Origin: Bacillota bacterium
GTDB taxonomy: Bacteria > Bacillota > Clostridia > Tissierellales > Tissierellaceae
DNA length: 64,000 bases
NCBI GenBank assembly: GCA_051744365.1
Contig: JBNJCX010000005.1
Span: forward strand, 2,217-66,216
Direction of reading: 5' to 3'
The notes under the pieces are model-generated. The model saw only the letters and a program-made list of their open reading frames with translations. It had not been told where the DNA came from and did not search any database. This document shows, piece after piece, positions 61,523-64,000 of the stretch (positions are counted from its first letter, which is position 1; each line of letters begins with the position of its first letter). A program made the translations under genes and the position numbers.

Positions 61523-61551
61523 TTGACAAAGCGATCACTCATATATATAAT
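61523..61551 (+). promoter_or_regulatory. Perfect consensus sigma-A promoter
   Basis: TTGACA (61523-28), a 17-nt spacer, then TATAAT (61546-51), about 29 nt upstream of the yceD start. Confidence 0.75.
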
Positions 61552-61579
61552 TGTAGTGTTAGTCTAAGAGGTGACAACT

Positions 61580-62095
61580 ATGAAAATTGATTTATCAGAT
61601 TTTCTTGATAGCGGAAATCAGGTTACGAGCTACACGTTTGACATTTCCAAGGACCAGTTGCCTGAAGAGGATTTATCCTCAATTGTGGATACTATCCACG
61701 TGGAAGTAAACTTCTACAAGGTACATGGAGAAATTATCATGGATATAAATGGTAGCTATGTTTACCAGGCTCCATGTGACAGATGTTTGACTGTTAGCAC
61801 CAGTAACATTGAATTCAAGGGATCAGGAAAATTGGTGAAAGAAGAAGCGGGGAACAACGTCGAGGATGAGGAATCTTATGAGATTATTTACTACAGGGAT
61901 GTGTCAGTAGACCTCACTGATTACATTTGGAGTCAGATAACAAGTTCCCTACCGATGAAATTTCTATGCAGCGAGGATTGCAAAGGATTATGTCAAAAGT
62001 GCGGTAAGAACCTGAATGAAGGTACCTGCGACTGTACTATTGAAACAGGAGATTTGCGATTTGAAAAGTTAAGGGAACTTTCTCTAAATGATTAA
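61580..62095 (+). CDS. yceD: YceD-family (DUF177) 23S rRNA accumulation protein
   Basis: C-terminal Cys cluster CSEDCKGLCQKCGKNLNEGTCDC, immediately upstream of rpmF. Confidence 0.9.
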   Translation: MKIDLSDFLDSGNQVTSYTFDISKDQLPEEDLSSIVDTIHVEVNFYKVHGEIIMDINGSYVYQAPCDRCLTVSTSNIEFKGSGKLVKEEAGNNVEDEESYEIIYYRDVSVDLTDYIWSQITSSLPMKFLCSEDCKGLCQKCGKNLNEGTCDCTIETGDLRFEKLRELSLND

Positions 62096-62108
62096 GGAGG
62101 TGTTTTAA

Positions 62109-62288
62109 ATGGCAGTACCAAAAAGGAAAACTTCTAAAGCAAGAAGAGACAAAAGAAGAGCGTCTTCCTATAGACTGAATAAAACCACAGTTGTTGAATG
62201 TCCACAATGTCATGAGTCTAAACAACCACATAGAGTTTGTAGGAGCTGTGGCTATTACAAGAACAGGGAAGTAATTGTAGTCGAGTAA
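62109..62288 (+). CDS. rpmF: 50S ribosomal protein L32 (59 aa; below the ORF-track cutoff)
   Basis: Translates to MAVPKRKTSKARRDKRRASSYRLNKTTVVECPQCHESKQPHRVCRSCGYYKNREVIVVE. AGGAGG lies upstream. Confidence 0.95.
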   Translation: MAVPKRKTSKARRDKRRASSYRLNKTTVVECPQCHESKQPHRVCRSCGYYKNREVIVVE

Positions 62289-62293
62289 ACGAG

Positions 62294-62327
62294 AAAGATA
62301 GTGATTAGCTTCACTATCTTTTTTTTT
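62294..62327 (+). terminator. Rho-independent terminator after rpmF
   Basis: aaagatagtga pairs with tcactatcttt, followed by a long T-run. Confidence 0.8.
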
Positions 62328-62403
62328 ACTTATGTTGAAAGAGTTATTAGGGATGACTTTGATTCAGATAAAAATTGTTAAATACAATTAAAAGAGGGAT
62401 AAT

Positions 62404-63387
62404 ATGAAGATAATAGTAGATGGAATGGGAGGGGACAATGCTCCTGAGGCTACTGTCAAAGGTTCAGTTGAGGCTGTCAATGAATATGGCATAAATATAA
62501 TAATTACAGGACCACAGTCACTTATAGAAGGGCATTTAAACAAGTATGTTTTCCCGACTGATAAAATAGAAGTAATTGACGCACCTGAGGTCATTTCAAA
62601 TGAAGATAACCCAACTTTGGCAATCAGAAGGAAAAAGAACAGTTCCCTGGTTGTTGGAATGAATACTTTGATTGAAGGAAAAGGAGACGGATTTATTTCT
62701 GCAGGCAATACCGGCGCACTTTTGGCAGGAGGGCTATTTATTGTAAAAAGAATAGATGGAATCGATAGGGCTGGCCTAACGGTTATTTATCCAACTCTAA
62801 AAGGAGCCTCTCTCCTAGTTGATGCTGGAGCCAATATGGACACTAAGCCGGAATACCTTGGTCAGTTCGCAATGATGGGCTCAGTATATATGGAAGAGGT
62901 TATGGGAATAAAAAATCCCAAAGTTGGACTAATAAATGTTGGTACTGAAGAATCCAAGGGGAATCAGCTTGCCAAGGATACGTTTATTGAACTAAAGAAT
63001 TCTAATATTAATTTCATAGGGAATATCGAAGCCAGAGATATTCCCTATGGTGTTGCAGATGTTATGGTGTGTGATGGATTTGTAGGAAATGTGGCTTTGA
63101 AGTTGAGTGAAGGAATGGCATCTTCAATTTTCTCATTATTGAAAGAGTCCTTCATGGCTGATACCAGATCAAAGCTGGCAGCGTTTTTGCTGAAGCCCCA
63201 GTTGAAGAAGCTAAAGAAAAGGCTTGACTACAGGGAACATGGAGGTGCGCCTCTCCTGGGTACTAAAATGCCTGTTGTGAAGGCTCATGGAAGTTCAGAC
63301 TACTATGCATTTAAAAATGGTATTGGCCAGCTTAAAACTTTCATTGAAAGTGATGTTATAAGTAAAATAGAAAATAAATTAATTTAA
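62404..63387 (+). CDS. plsX: Phosphate acyltransferase PlsX
   Basis: MKIIVDGMGGDNAP and HGGAPLLG motifs. Confidence 0.96.
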   Translation: MKIIVDGMGGDNAPEATVKGSVEAVNEYGINIIITGPQSLIEGHLNKYVFPTDKIEVIDAPEVISNEDNPTLAIRRKKNSSLVVGMNTLIEGKGDGFISAGNTGALLAGGLFIVKRIDGIDRAGLTVIYPTLKGASLLVDAGANMDTKPEYLGQFAMMGSVYMEEVMGIKNPKVGLINVGTEESKGNQLAKDTFIELKNSNINFIGNIEARDIPYGVADVMVCDGFVGNVALKLSEGMASSIFSLLKESFMADTRSKLAAFLLKPQLKKLKKRLDYREHGGAPLLGTKMPVVKAHGSSDYYAFKNGIGQLKTFIESDVISKIENKLI

Positions 63388-63398
63388 TGGAGGAAGAA

Positions 63399-63629
63399 AT
63401 GATTACTGAAAAAATTATAAATATTGTATCAATACAATTTAATTTGCCGGAAAAAGATATTACTATGGAAACCTCATTCAGGGATGACCTTAATGCAGAT
63501 TCTCTTGACCTTGTTGAATTGATAATGGCTCTTGAGGATGAGTTTGGCCTTGAAGTTGAGGATGACGATGTGGAAATGATTAAAACTGTCGGGGACGCAA
63601 AAAGGTATATAAAAGGGAAAGTGGAATAG
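63399..63629 (+). CDS. acpP: Acyl carrier protein
   Basis: LNADSLDLVELIMALEDEFG (phosphopantetheine-bearing Ser). ATG 63399 follows ggagga; the track start, 63387, contains the SD. Confidence 0.93.
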   Translation: MITEKIINIVSIQFNLPEKDITMETSFRDDLNADSLDLVELIMALEDEFGLEVEDDDVEMIKTVGDAKRYIKGKVE

Positions 63630-63645
63630 GCAAGGAGGTGATTTT

Positions 63646-64000
63646 ATGAACGGATATTCTGATTACAATAAGTTTGATGAGCTACAGAACAGCTTGAAGT
63701 ATCGCTTCGAAGATATCGAATTGCTGCACACAGCTTTGACCCACAGCTCATTTGCCAATGAGCATGGTTTACATGCGAGTAAAAGCAATCAGAGACTTGA
63801 ATTTTTAGGGGATACAGTTCTAGGTTTGGTAGTAAGTGAGTATCTGTTTATAAAATATCCATTTTATCCCGAAGGTGAACTTACTAAAATCCGAGCAAAG
63901 GTTGTATCTGAGCCATCTCTGGCTCTTGCTGCAAGAAGGATAAATCTGGGGAGCTACCTTTTCTTGGGAAAAGGTGAAGAAAATACCGGAGGAAGGGACA
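63646..64000 (+). CDS. rnc: Ribonuclease III (5' part; continues past the window end)
   Basis: ALTHSSFANE and ERLEFLGDTVLG signature. AAGGAGG lies upstream. Confidence 0.93.
   Translation, partial: MNGYSDYNKFDELQNSLKYRFEDIELLHTALTHSSFANEHGLHASKSNQRLEFLGDTVLGLVVSEYLFIKYPFYPEGELTKIRAKVVSEPSLALAARRINLGSYLFLGKGEENTGGRD

Noticed and set aside
62404-63629. plsX followed directly by acpP with no fabD/fabG, and no fapR upstream
   Set aside because: As far as I recall, this arrangement is common in Clostridia, where fab genes cluster elsewhere. It cannot be judged from one window.

Overview
The window looks like a low-GC Firmicutes (Clostridia/Tissierellia-type) chromosomal core segment. It is densely packed with about 70 mostly co-directional (+) housekeeping genes. 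In order these are: ruvC-ruvA-ruvB, a SpoIID-like gene, queA-tgt-yajC, the SCIFF ranthipeptide pair (scfA/scfB), secD-secF, recJ-relA-dtd, an Asp T-box leader with aspS, tcdA, an RseC-like gene, a CsoR-family regulator, glyA, DUF512-der-plsY-gpsA, a division cluster (yggS-sepF-yggT-ylmH-divIVA), lspA-rluD-pyrR, yicC-remA-gmk-rpoZ-coaBC-priA-def-fmt-rsmB-rlmN-stp-prkC-rsgA-rpe, a TPP riboswitch with thiT-thiN, asp23-yloV-recG-rsmD-coaD, ackA, and yceD-rpmF-plsX-acpP-rnc. Only rqcH, rpmB, tmcAL and one tRNA-Pro(GGG) lie on the minus strand. I saw no CRISPR array, rRNA, transposase or integrase. Three short genes fall below the ORF-track cutoff or are broken by a stop: scfA (46 aa), rpmF (59 aa) and the 5' part of the RseC-like gene. 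The strongest lead is that RseC/MucC-family gene (20029-20451). Its frame is interrupted only by one TGA, which sits inside the Cys cluster (U-G-S-C-S-S-C) and is immediately followed by a SECIS-like hairpin, so it is a candidate selenoprotein. A 2-Cys, His-less CsoR-family regulator follows it. The only clearly accessory DNA is a ~1.6 kb AT-rich islet (26384-28054) bounded by a 41-bp direct repeat of the tRNA-Pro 3' half. The islet holds a decayed DEDDh exonuclease gene and an orphan 156-aa ORF. All calls rest on reading the sequence and on remembered family motifs; no searches or folding computations were run.
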